From Calcarisporiella thermophila CBS 279.70 (taxonomy: Eukaryota > Fungi > Calcarisporiellomycota), in NCBI RefSeq assembly GCF_041956535.1, contig NW_027192194.1, forward strand, positions 1,147,531 to 1,211,530: a DNA stretch of 64,000 bases. Reading direction: 5' to 3'. Both the position numbers and the translations under genes were made by a program. This document shows positions 50,519-63,009 of this stretch, in pieces. Each line of letters starts with the position of its first letter. Within the stretch, counting starts at the first letter, position 1. Below the pieces are notes generated by a model that was not told where the DNA came from, ran no database searches, and saw nothing but the letters and a program-made list of their open reading frames with translations.

Positions 50519-51335
50519 GATCAGATTCAATAATGCGGGGAAGTGTTGTGGGGAAAAATGGAAAGTGACCAGTGACCTGCATGCAATTAACCGGATTGTC
50601 ATATGATGAAATTCATGCCTCAATAAAGGGTTTCTCGGAGAATATCCTCATCCTGTATAGCTCCGTTACAGCCAAATCGGCTTCGAGCTAGGGACAGGCT
50701 GGGAATTCCTTCCTTCGGCTCGTGAAAAATCGTGGCTCACCGGAAGACGTTTTGTTGAGATCCTCGTTCCGAGGGACTAGTCCGTCTCGGGGCGCTAGGA
50801 AAACGACTCGTGCGCAGAATTGGCGTTCAAGATTGGAATTGATAGTGATTGGCTCAGTCGTGCACTGGAATCGGCATGCGTGCCTTATGGGTAGGACCGT
50901 GCTGTCACTCTTGGAAGAATCAATGGCAGCAAGGCGTGTCAAGAGCAACGTTCAGCGGTGCACTTGAATCGACTCACGTTGCCCGTGTTATTTTGCTGGA
51001 TAGGGAATAGCGGACAATTCTATTCAATCAAGCTTGATAGGTAGCTCGGCTTGATCGATTTGACTGTCAAGCACAAGCGGCCATTTTCAATGTTGGTAGG
51101 GTGGTAGCGGGGAGACGGGGGAAGCGCGGCACAAAGGCATTTTCCACTGTATTGATAAGAATATATTTACACACTTGGGATTCAGCGGAAGCCGCCATGG
51201 ATCCCAGCAAGGGTAAAGAATGGAAAAGCATAAAAAAAAGAAGAGAAGAATTGTTATTTTTTTTAAATCTAACGAGATTGACACAACATCGGCAGATATT
51301 AAGACGAAAGCACTCCCCCCTCCTCCCCCTATCTC

Positions 51336-54138
51336 CTACTTGGAAAACATCTGGTGGACATACTGCGAGTAGTCGTAGCCCTCACCTTGGTGGCTCCTTG
51401 GCATGGTCTGCTTGAGGTAGTCCACGACCGGCGCCGGCAGCACCAGCATCTTCAGGTCCATCTCCGTCACATAGGGCTTGTCGCCGGCCACCACGCGGAA
51501 CGATTCGCGCAGCTGGTCCGGCGAGGTTTGGTCCTCCGTCACGTTCACCATGAAGTTGATGAACTGCTCAAAGGTGATTTCGTTTTGACCCTGCGCAACC
51601 GAACTGAAAATGCGATCGAACTCATGGTCCTACACAAAGAAGAGGAGGGGTGAGTAGGGCGAACGCTTTCCACCGGGGGACTCCGCCAGGACTCTACCTC
51701 GTAGAAGATGCCCAAACTGGCCAGCGCAGCGTTGAACTCCAGCGAGGACAGCGTGTTCGACTGCGTCTTGTCGAAATACCGGAACGTGCTCTCGAACTCT
51801 TCGAGCTGCGCGGGCGTCAAGTTGGTCATGTTGCGCGACACGATCTAAACCACCGAAACACGTTTAGAAAATGCAGCCCCGGGGGGGGGGGCGTCAACGG
51901 CATGGGGGTGTATAGTTTACCTGGTTCTCGATAAACGCGCTCTTCTTCGTGACCGACTGCTGCAATAGGCCAAAGTCAAAGACGAGATCGTCGACAGAGT
52001 ACACGGTATAGTCGTTCTCCTCAATGTTGGCCTCGCGGCACTGGGCATCGAGCTGTTCAAGCGCGTGGATACGAGACTGGAGAGGGTGTAGCTTGGCGGA
52101 AAGGGATCTGACCTTGGCTAGTTGAGCCTATAAAGCAAAAAGGCCAGCATCATGAGCCCGCCCTGGCATCCTCAGCTTGTAGTAAAAAGACTTCCTCACA
52201 TCCAGATTCCCCTCAAGAGCGGCCAGCTCGTTGGAGACCAAGTTCAGCTGTTTTTGTACATCATTGGCCTCTGCGGCGAAGGACTTGCGCAGATTCTCCT
52301 TGATGTCTCGGATCTTTCCGTTGATGGCACGGTGTCGCTCGGCTTCTGCCTGGAGAAGCCCATTCCAAACCATGTCTAGGTCCTGGAGGGTCAAACCCGG
52401 GGGCGGGTGGTAGGGGGTCAAGTCGTACGTCTTCAGCTTGGTTTGAATGTTGCCCAGCAGGGTGTCGAGATCGCGCTTCTCCGCAACCCACTCGCGTTTG
52501 GTGCGCGTCTTGTACTGGGTGAACTCTTGCGACTTGCGCTTAGCGTCTGCGTAGGTGCCGTCGAACCGGGCCGAGGACCACTGGGCCTGGATGTTTTCGA
52601 CCTGCTCCATCAGGGCCAACACGCGCCGCTCGTAATCATGTTGCATCTCCCACACGGACTGCATCACCTCCGCAAATTTGGCCACGCGGCGACCCGCCGT
52701 CTCCACTTTGTCTACCAGCATGGTCGGGTTCATTAGTATGCAGGTGAAGGAGGGGAGGCTGGAAATGACATAAGCTACTGACCAAGTGCAGAGAAGGCAT
52801 GGAAGTACTGGGCCACGTAGGTCATGACCGAGCGCTCGTCAGGCTTAGCAATGTCACACACGTCTTCGACATCAAGCAGTTTCTAAAGTAAAACATCGTC
52901 CGTAACCCCATCCTTCCTATTTCATGGGAGAGCAACTAGTGGGAAAAAAATACGAAATACTCACGGGGATGTTCAAATGGGTAGCGGCCACTTCAAACGC
53001 AAGGGCGGTGTTTCCATGACGATCGGACTAAGGAAAGAAAGATCGAGATGACTGGTGAATTTTCAGGCAAGCGCACAAGCTCAGAGGCTCTACCCACCTT
53101 GTCCAAGGCGTCATAGTCCAATAGATCCGGGCGGTGGCGATGAATTAAAGCGCAGCTGTTCAATGTATCAAATGAGTGAGAAGCCTTCCAATGCACAATC
53201 ACAATTTCTCGGATATACGAACAATGCTAATCCATCTGACCAACTGTAGGTAAAGTCTCGCACATCCACCTCCTTGTACGGGGCTGTCTTGCGTTGGCAC
53301 CACAGGAGCAGACCTTCCTTGGCCGTTAAACCCTCCTCGCTAAAAACCAACGTATATATTAGTAAAAAAAAAAGGGTTTGGGCGATAAGCAAGTTTGAAA
53401 ATACTTGATATCGGCAATGGTAAACCGCAAAATGATGGTCCAAATCATCCCGAGAATAAGTTTGAGATTCGTGTCGACAATATCTAAAACACGAGGATAA
53501 GTGCCGGATCCGATCAGCAAAGGACATATGGGCGGGACAGAGGGGGCGGAATATACTCACCTTCGGCACCAATATTGGTGAGAGCCACGCCGCGATGTTT
53601 AATGAATTCGAGGGCCTTGTTCACATTCTCCATCTTTTGAATGCGCATTTTGGGATTGCGATTATACCGGCCCAAGGGAGTATCGCCTATGATTTCCTAT
53701 TAAGATTGTGGAAAACGTTGCTTAACGTGAACGATTGTGGAGGGGGTCAGACAAGCAATGGGATTACAAGAAGCTGAATCAGCCGGACTCCGTCGGACAT
53801 GTCGCGTTCCATATCGTCTATGGGCGCAATATCTTGGAGGGCGAGTTTCGTGTTAACCCTAATCACATGGATCGGAAAAAAATGAAGTTTATGCTTGGAT
53901 GAAAGGGAAAGAGAAAGGGGGATGGGAAATCCGCAATGCATACCATTTTGTAAATGCTAATCGCAGTTGCCGTAACGTAGGAAAAAAAAATAAAGGACGC
54001 ACATATTAGTCTTTATTTTTAGCATGACGAAGACGGATCCTTACTCTTCTGCTGAATGGTTTCCCAGGTCCGGTCCATCAACCGCGAGGTGTCCTCGACG
54101 ACCTGCTGCGACGCAGCCGATGGTTGAAATTGTGCCAT
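51336..54138 (-). CDS. AIN1: Alpha-actinin (CH-CH, two-repeat rod, EF-hands); 13 exons including a 13-nt microexon
   Basis: [91 protein letters not shown]; 12 GT-AG introns traced in frame. Confidence 0.95.
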
Positions 54139-54324
54139 GGTGATTTCGTGTGCGGAATAGAATACAAGGTGTGCAAAGAAAAGAATTTAAGATTTTTCCT
54201 TTTCGTTGCTTGGGGGATAGCCGTACAAACTAACCGCTATCCCACCCCGACGGGACGGCTATCAAGAAATAAAAGGGAAGCAAAAGATGCAAGCGGGTTT
54301 GAAGGAAAGTCGACCCACAAACCG

Positions 54325-55294
54325 ATGACCATGAGCCACGATCCCTCGACATTACAGCTCCTCCAGCAACTAGTCGCCAGTGCCAAGTCCCAGAATCCCG
54401 CCGCACACTCCACAGCCCATTCAATATACCCGAACGTGCTTCCTCCTCAACAACCCGCCCCAATTAATGGGCTTCCCGTCACGGTGAGTTTGTAAAATGT
54501 GTATCCCGACCCTCCCTGATGTCCTCTTATTTGACTTGGCGTGCCACTGTGGCAGTCTATACCCAGCATTTATTCCCTGACCCCGCTCCAGCTTTTATCG
54601 CTATCCCAGTCGCAACAGCAGCCGCAATCTGCCCCCCTACCTCCATCTCCCCATTCCCTCTCCATCCCCACCCTTGATCTCTCCCAGATATCTCCAGAAG
54701 CCATCCGGCAGGTTCGGGAACAGATCCAACAGCAGAGTCGAACCGAGGAGAAGGAGGCGCGCAAAAAGGATCTGTCGAATGCCGACTCGATCTCGCCCGA
54801 GGTCCTGGTACGGATAAGTGAGCTTGCGAAGGAGGGTGCCGTGTTTACAGTGCTGCAGAGCCTGAAGAAGGAGCAGGCGGCTGTCGAACGAGAGCTGTGG
54901 GGGCTAAGGGAGCGGATCGTGAAGCGACAAAAGGCCGAGCGGGACGAACTGCTCGCCAAGTAAGTATATATGTGCATCCAGAGTTGGGGTGGTGTGAACA
55001 ATGCGCTTACTTTGTTGACCATCTCGCAGGGAGCTCCTGGGGGATCCCCAGACGGCCAGGCTAGCCAGTTTGGACCGCCGCGCTCGTGACGAGCTTGCCG
55101 AGATGGATCGCTACGCGCTCACCCAGATGGACGAGGAGCTCCACCGCCAGCAGGTGGAGCTGCACAAGGCCGGGGTCCCTCTGTTCCGGCGCGAGCGGAC
55201 CACCGACCCGGCGCACATTGCAAAGCAGCGTCGGGTTCTCGAGCTGCTGTTGGAAATGATGCCACCCCCGGCCGCCAAGGAAAGTGCGATGTAA
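54325..55294 (+). CDS. Fungal hypothetical protein, DUF2458-like; exons 54325-54483, 54556-54959, 55030-55294
   Basis: Gln/Pro-rich N-terminus; LKKEQAAVERELWGLRERI...EL..MD......MD.....QQ.EL.KAGVPLF......Q.RVLELL. Confidence 0.7.
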
Positions 55295-55590
55295 ATTGTT
55301 CTTCTTTATTGTAAATAGTTAGATAGATGGGAGAAAAGAAGTCGATTCAAAAAAAAACATTCTCATTTGTCTTAATATAATAACACAAGATGCGGGAAAA
55401 AAAAATGAATCAAAGAGAGAGAGAAAACAGTAGAAACGAATATGCTAAAAAGGAGCAAATAATAATAATTATCCCAAAAAAAAAAAACAAATATAAAGTC
55501 CAGACGAAGCGAGATCGAATAACATATGAAAAGAAAAAAACCTATTCCTTAGGACGACCATATCTATACAGGGGAGAGAGGGGAGCCAAC

Positions 55591-57682
55591 TCATGCATTG
55601 CAGAGCATGTTGAATAGGACCTGGTTCTCCGCCTCCACCACGTCCACCGGCGCATGGTTCGAGGGGCAGTCTGCATTGGCCATCTTGCGCTCCATTGGCA
55701 TCTCCTCGCCCATCTCGAACACGTTCCATATCTGAGCGCCGAGCTCGCTCTTCAAGGTGTCACGCATCAGGCGGTCATACGCGTCCAACCTCAGCGTCGA
55801 GAATCTCCGCTGCCATGCCGTGTTGTCTGCCCGGCAGCAAAAGTACTGCGATGATCTATATACAATGGGGACGCCGTAGGGTTGGTAGCGCTGGCGGAGG
55901 AAGGCGACCAGGCGGTTGAAGCGGTCCACGAACTCGTTGTAGGGAAGGAAAGCGGCGTCCCAGTTGCCGAGCGAGATGATCACTAGGCTAGGGGGCTGGG
56001 CGGAGAGGAACCATCGCTTGGCGTGGTGAGCTCGGCCTTGCTTGGACCCCGATGGAGATTCGGGATCGAACTCAGGAACGACCTTCAGGTCGGGAATCTG
56101 CTTTTTGAGCTCTGCCACGTTCGGAAACTCATTGAAGATCTCCTCCCATGCAGGATCGTTGAAGTTGCTAATCGAGGCGGCAAAAGCATTAAAAAAAAAA
56201 AAGAGGCAATAGAATGAGTGTCTACCCAATATCGTTCTATTGTGTGCTCTAGTCCTACCTCAGACCGTCCCACTTATAATACTCCACGAGCGAACGGGTG
56301 GTGTTGTGCTCGTCCCCCACAATAGTGAGGTTGTTGATGCGTTCCCCGGGGTTGAAGAGGGAGTAGTCCCAGTCTGCCTGGGTATAGTCCTCACAAGCAC
56401 ACTCGCGCGCTCGCTGCTCATCGTCTCCGCCGCCGTCCTTGCACCACTCGCCCTTCGTCACGATCTTCTTCAGCGAGCGGCGCGAGTTCGAGTCTCCAAA
56501 CCAGTGCACCCGGGGATACTTCTGCGCGAGACACTGGCTGAATTCTTGATAGGTGACCTTGCGATATCGGCAGGTGTAGGGGGCCCAGAAGAAGCCGGCG
56601 GAGTCCACGGCCGACGGCTGCACCTTGGGGTCGGACGTGTTGAACTGCGAGATGTGGAGCCATCTCCCGGGATGGTCGCCGTGGGAAGTGCAGAGGGGCA
56701 GGTCGAAGTGGTTGGTATAGCTCACCTCCTTTGCATGCATTCCCTCCAGGGTCAGCTCGCCCTCGAGCTCCACGTCGTCCTTGCGCTCCTTGGGCTTTTC
56801 GTCCTCATCCACGACCCGCAGCCGAAGGCCGTCGGGAGAGGGCAGCTCGACCGGTATGTACGGCACGAGGGGGGCCGTGTCGTAGTTCCAGCGGCCATCG
56901 CGGTACTCCCACCGCGTGAAGATCTGGTAGGTGCCGGGGTCGAGCAGACGCACTTCCGCCTCGTACACGTGAATCCCTCCCCGCTTGACGGCCTCATGGG
57001 GCAAGCGCTCGACCCCGTCCGCTCGAGCAGCATCCGCCAGGCTCGGGTTGTGCAGGGCCTCCTTCTCCCGAACCAGCCGATGGAGGACGGTGTGGCCGTG
57101 CCATTGTTTTGGCTTCAGCGCAACCGTCAGGTTCTCTTTGGAGAAATCCACCGCGGCCATCAGCAGGCTATCCCACCCATAGCCGGGCAAAGGGGTGTAG
57201 AGTTCCCGGTTTGTGTCGTTGAGCTCCCATGCGCCCTCCTCGAGCGGCGGGAGCACGACCCGGACACAGAACGGCTGTCCACTCTTCAAAGTGACCGGGC
57301 CCTCCTTTGCAGCGTACACGCGGGCCTGGGTGGGCGTGACCCGTTGGCGCTCCTCCACCTCCGAGGAGGACAGTTTCACCTCATCATCCAAGCTGTCGAG
57401 CACCAAGGCGCGGACGAGATCCATGTGCATCGGGGTGTTGCCGCATGTGTACATTTCCCAATCGCTGGCGGGCCCATCGCCTCGGCCCCAGAGCGATTCC
57501 ACCTCGCCAACAACCCCATCCATCCACTCTCGCAGCCGTTTTGCCTTGAAGTATTCGCTGGTGTACGCAATCGCATGGAGAATCACAAATCCAGCCGCGA
57601 TGAGCGAGACGACGAAGAACAAGAATGTGCGCTGCCGCAGTGATAGGGCGAAGGGGGGCTTGGGCTTGGTGGGGGGGCGCAT
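55591..57682 (-). CDS. Type II membrane SGNH/PC-esterase (NXPE/TBL-like) protein; exons 57682-56259 and 56167-55591
   Basis: N-terminal TM; Ig-like segment (YEAEVRLLDPGTYQI); LPLC....HPGRW, WAPYTCRY, CL......WFGDSNSRR, ISLGNWD, SNH...AENQVLFNMLC. Confidence 0.8.
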
Positions 57683-57825
57683 CGGGGGAGGGCGGATCGC
57701 GCTGAAATAGAGGCAGGTACGAGGGGCTGTCCCTCAGAGAGAAGAGCTTCCTCATCGAGAGGCTGGAAGAGAGAGATGTGAGAGGGGAAGGGGAAGCAGG
57801 ATAGAAAGAATGGATGAATGCGGGT

Positions 57826-58484
57826 GAGAGAGAGAGAGAGAGGNNNNNNNNNNNNNNNNNNNNNNNNNNNNNNNNNNNNNNNNNNNNNNNNNNNNNNNNN
57901 NNNNNNNNNNNNNNNNNNNNNNNNNNNNNNNNNNNNNNNNNNNNNNNNNNNNNNNNNNNNNNNNNNNNNNNNNNNNNNNNNNNNNNNNNNNNNNNNNNNN
58001 NNNNNNNNNNNNNNNNNNNNNNNNNNNNNNNNNNNNNNNNNNNNNNNNNNNNNNNNNNNNNNNNNNNNNNNNNNNNNNNNNNNNNNNNNNNNNNNNNNNN
58101 NNNNNNNNNNNNNNNNNNNNNNNNNNNNNNNNNNNNNNNNNNNNNNNNNNNNNNNNNNNNNNNNNNNNNNNNNNNNNNNNNNNNNNNNNNNNNNNNNNNN
58201 NNNNNNNNNNNNNNNNNNNNNNNNNNNNNNNNNNNNNNNNNNNNNNNNNNNNNNNNNNNNNNNNNNNNNNNNNNNNNNNNNNNNNNNNNNNNNNNNNNNN
58301 NNNNNNNNNNNNNNNNNNNNNNNNNNNNNNNNNNNNNNNNNNNNNNNNNNNNNNNNNNNNNNNNNNNNNNNNNNNNNNNNNNNNNNNNNNNNNNNNNNNN
58401 NNNNNNNNNNNNNNNNNNNNNNNNNNNNNNNNNNNNNNNNNNNNNNNNNNNNNNNNNNNNNNNNNNNNNNNNNGAGAGAGAGAG
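57826..58484. other. Assembly gap (N, 57844-58473) flanked on both sides by (GA)n microsatellite
   Basis: 630 N characters bordered by gagaga runs. Confidence 0.98.
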
Positions 58485-58982
58485 GGTAAGTGATGGGGCA
58501 GATTGCCAGATGGAGAGGTAATGAATGTCAAGAGCGGGCCGGATCAAGGGGGATTGAAGGCCTTGGAGAGGGAAAAGAAAGCGTCCCTGTTATTTTTATT
58601 AGCAGCCTGCCAGAGGGTGAGGCAAGTAAAACGAAGGTCTCTAATCAGCTAGCAAAAAATAAAACAGGACAAAACATTCGTTATCCAACAGATGGGCCCC
58701 CGGGTCGCAACCTTAGTTCAATCCAGGCAAGATCGGCCAATGGCGGGCGATCAGCAAAGAACGGGGAAAATGTTCCGTTAAGGAAAATGGCTTTGGCAGC
58801 GGTGCATGCAGATTGGTGCTATGAATAGCAATGCAGCCTCATTTGCAATCCTCTCCCCAAAGTTCTACGGCCGGCCTCCCCCGCCTCCCCGGCCGCCCCC
58901 CTCTCGCGCGGCGGAGGCCGCAGTGTATTAAATAATAGTGGGTGAAATAGGAAGAATACAAAGGTTCAAGTCTTGCATGTCT

Positions 58983-61900
58983 CTACACGCGACGTCGCTT
59001 GTTTTTCTGCAGCTGGTCCAATAGGATCTCCTTCATTTGCCGGGATTCGGGATCGTCGTAAACCACATCCGGCTGGGTCTGTATCAGCCCCTCTTCGCCA
59101 CCCGCGCTCTTGCCTGCTCCCCCTGTGCTCCCCCCACCACCACCGCCACCGTTCTCTGCTCCTGCGCGTCGCCGTGTTTTGCGGCCGCCGGGGGACGCGG
59201 AGGAATCCCTCAGGTCGCCCTCCGACTCCTCCTCCCCGGCAGGCACACTGCGGAGCGAGGCTCGGGTCGTACGCCGGCGCATCCGTCGATCCTTGTTCGC
59301 CCGCTCAATCAACTTCTCCACTTCGGCAGAGTAGTCGACGCGCGTCACCCCCGCCCCACCCGCCTTTGCGTCAGCGGACGCCCCCTTCGACTGTGATGAA
59401 GCGCTCTGCTTGCCCCTACGCGCAGCCGTGGACGCGGGTTTGGCTGAGCTCTCGGTGCGGTCCTGCGTCGTCACGCTCAAGACTTTATCCGGGTTGTACG
59501 TGTGCGGAAAATCGCGCTCGTCCAGACGCTCGCCCGCCTCTTTACACTAGTGGGGAATGGAAAAGGGGGGGTGGGGCACAAATTAAGGCCATCCGTCTCT
59601 AACCAACACTGCATGCATCATGGAAATTTACCCTAAATATCCAATACGGAGACACAATAAAGATCCCCTTCTGCTTCGCCATCCGGAACTCCCGAGAGAG
59701 CTCATTCGCTCGCGTGCCCTGGTGGATATAGTGCGTGGTAGTGTCGTCCAGCGTGCGTAGAAACCGGGCTCCAAGGGGGGCCGCAGCGTCATAGAGCTCT
59801 TGCGCACGATTCGCAAGTCGGCTGCTCACCACGATGGTAACCCCGTAAAACAGGCCGGAGGAGAAAGAGCCGCTTTTCTCTCTCTAGAAGTGGCAAAATT
59901 GCAAGGGACACGAAAAAAAAAAGTAAAAATCATGAGAAAATGGCTCTGATGGAGAAAAAAAAAAAAGGATAAAAATAAACTTGCCTCTGTAACCTCAAAC
60001 GGATCTTCATCAGGGTGCAGCGCCAGCTGGTTCTGGGCCCGATTGTTCTCCGACTCCCCATTTTCTCCGTGGTTCGGCACGGGCTGCTTGGAGCCGGCTT
60101 CCGTTTCTTGCGGCGGCCCGACCCAAAACCCCGCTAGACTCGCCATCATACCTTGTCGCGTACACGCTTCAATCCATCCGAACGTTATGGTGGGGGTTTT
60201 CCATTCGCGGGCCCGGGTATACTTGAGCCCTTCTGATGGGGCGGGGCATAATAGATGCGTGTTTTGTCGCGAAAAGGTCTCGCTAAACCGGGCGCCTAGA
60301 TGGGTAACGAGGCGCCTGATGTGCTCCCGTTCTAACCCGGTGTAGCCGCTAATGCTGATAAAGAGTTGCTCAAACCCGGGAATGGGGACGGACACGGAGA
60401 GGGGGGTAAAGGTGATATGCTCGTCGGGAGAACAGATACGCTGCTCTTCTAAGCACCGCTCAAGCCAGCACTCGGTAACCACAATGCCCTCAGGGAGAAC
60501 GAATTGAGACACGTCACTATTCAAGCACATAAGTGGAGCGATTGGTTCAAGGTAGATAGCAGAGGCGCTAAAGTGGATCAATACCAACCTTCGCAATGGA
60601 ACCACCACGTACGCTCCCTTGTGTCGTGCCACTTCCGATGGCGCCAATAAGAACACCCCTCTCTGTCGCGTAACCTCCCTATTCAGCACCTCAATATGCA
60701 TATCGCTGAACCCTGCGGCTCCAAAATACATCCCTTGGAAGAGATCGCCACAGACCTGCTGCGTGGGGGCTTCATCTTCTCCGTCCTCGCCCTCCCCCAC
60801 ACCCATGCGATTGTCTTTCCGCTGCAATTTTGTATCGGCTTGTTGCTCGGTACGAGACTCGCTTCGAGTCCTTCTGTCCGAGGTGTCAAACGAGCTTCTC
60901 CTTAATCCCGACGCCTTCTCAGGAACGGATGGAGGGACTACACTCGATGCATTATCATTGTCAGCCGTCTCCCTTGTCTTGCTCGTCATTGGAGCTGGCC
61001 CAAGCAATCCCTCTCCAAATTTTGGAAAAGCTGGGTTTGCTTTTGAAGAGTCAGCTGCCTTGGGTGCTGCCAACTCCTCCCAGAAATCGGCAACATCAAA
61101 ATCATATTTTCGTGCTTTCCGAATGGGAGCAGCGCGCTCGGCATAGGGGTTGGCTCGCTTCAATGTCTCAGATTCCGAGGTCAATTGATCAGACTGGTTT
61201 CCATTGGCGGGATTGGCGGCAGTGGTCGAGGTGGTCGGCCGTGTATTCGACGCGGAGGACTGGTTATTTTGGTTGTAGAGATGGGGCTCCACGGGGTGTA
61301 GACATGAATCTCGGTAACAATTACGCAACCATTGCTCCCGCACAATGCAAGGCCTCTTTTCTCCCGAGCGTATTAAAAGCATGTCACTAAAGAGCAGAAG
61401 AAAAAAATACATCCATCGTCGAATTAGCAGAGTCCTCAATAAAGGGTGTCTCGAGGTCGGCGCTTACTTTGCGGTCGGCTTTTGCCCACTGATAACGAAG
61501 TGGGTGATCACGCTAGGCCGATACTCCAAGTGCCGCAGCCCACCCCCCTCCATGATTATTTTCTTCAAGTGTAGGGTCTTATCAGGGCCGAAGCCCTCAC
61601 CCAAGAAGATGTGGCATCCATCAAGGTAGAAGTTATTCGAGGTGGCTATGTCCTGGCCCTGTAAGCCTGCATCAGGCAGGGCAGAAGTCTGGCGCGAGGT
61701 GAGAGGCTTCTCGACGGTTTGAACGGGATCGTGGTCCTCAGTATGGAATTGGTAGTTGCGTTCATCGGCACAAGCTACCATGGACATTAAATTAGCCACT
61801 CTTTTCAAAAAGGAGTTTTCCCCTCCCCATCATCCCAGAGAGAATCAGTAGATTACCCTTTGTGTCTAGGCTATCCTCAAACCATTGGAGATTTACAATC

Positions 61901-62584
61901 TTGATGCCCCATTTGAGCGCAAACTCGTATTTTTTCCCCGTGGGGGAACTTGCGATCAAATGCGACACCGCACGAGTGAGATCGGCGCTGTACGCCCCGC
62001 CGTTCTCGCGTGTGAGCTGCTCAATCTCTTCACGCTTGGCGCCATTCAAGCCAGTGACGCAGATGGTGAGTCCAGCGAAGGGAGGCAAGAGGTATTTCTC
62101 CAGGATCTGGCAACATCATCGAGGCTTTAGCAGAGCCCAACACTATAGAGAGAGGGATAACATTTACCTTGGGTACATCAATTTCTTCGCCTGTGAGCCA
62201 CCGATCATAGATAGAAAAGATCGCCTCAGGCTTCACCACTTTCACGCTAAATCGGATAGCAACCTGCAACCACAACACCAACAACACCATGGGTGGAGTT
62301 AATTCACTTCATGTTTGATACTTATCATTCTCTTGAATGGGAGCCCAGACCTTGTATTTTTCCGAGCCAACGGCTCGTGCTACTACATGCGTTACATCCC
62401 GCGTGAAATTAGGATCGCAGTTTCCCCCTAGCTCCTTTACTTTTCGAGAAACTTCGATCTGGGGAACATGGCGAGATAAGTGACCAAGAGCTGCAGCAGA
62501 GACCGGAAGAGATGGAATTACCTTTTCATGGAAATCAAGTCCAGTGCAACACATCACTAGATTGGCAAACGGTCTGCTGGGCAT
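58983..62584 (-). CDS. Multi-BRCT replication/checkpoint scaffold (Dpb11/Rad4-Cut5/TopBP1-like); multi-exon
   Basis: BRCT starts FANLVMCCTG, FAGLTICVTG, LDGCHIFLG, FQGMYFGAAGF, FEQLFISISGY, LFYGVTIVVS, with TH(L/V) and W..(D/C) signatures; C-terminal VVYDDPE. Confidence 0.88.
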
Positions 62585-62653
62585 ACTGTCTTTGGCATTT
62601 CTGTCAAAGTCCCTGACAATACTCAATTGGCTCTACAAGACTGGAAATAAAAA

Positions 62654-62690
62654 TTTCGCGATTCAAATAATAAAAAAAAACAATACGCGT
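62654..62690. promoter_or_regulatory. Candidate G1/S elements upstream of the BRCT gene: TTTCGCG, TTCAAA (CHR-like) and ACGCGT (MCB)
   Basis: aaatttcgcgattcaaa at 62651-62667 and acgcgt at 62685-62690, 70-106 bp upstream of the ATG in AT-rich DNA. Confidence 0.5.
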
Positions 62691-63009
62691 TGCATTTTAA
62701 GGTGACTGCGCCTTTGGGTCATTGGGTGGCAAACTTCAGTACTCTCCAAGGAGTAGTAAACTATGCGAATTTATGAAAATGGGAAAGAAGAAGAAGAAGA
62801 AGAGGAAAAAGAGTAAGCGAATGAATACAAAATGGATAGAAAAACCATGGATAGGGTAAAAAAAAAATGAAGTCAGGAAAAACCTAGGACAAAGTTAGAA
62901 AAGTGGACAAAATAAGAGCCAAGAAAGGGTAAACGAGCACACGACCACTGTATAAAATAGTAAGGCAGTTTAGAAAAGAGGCATCTAAGTTTTCTCAACC
63001 ATGGTAGTA

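Noticed and set aside
57384-58547. ORFs spanning the poly-X region
   Set aside because: Artefacts of the 630-nt N gap.
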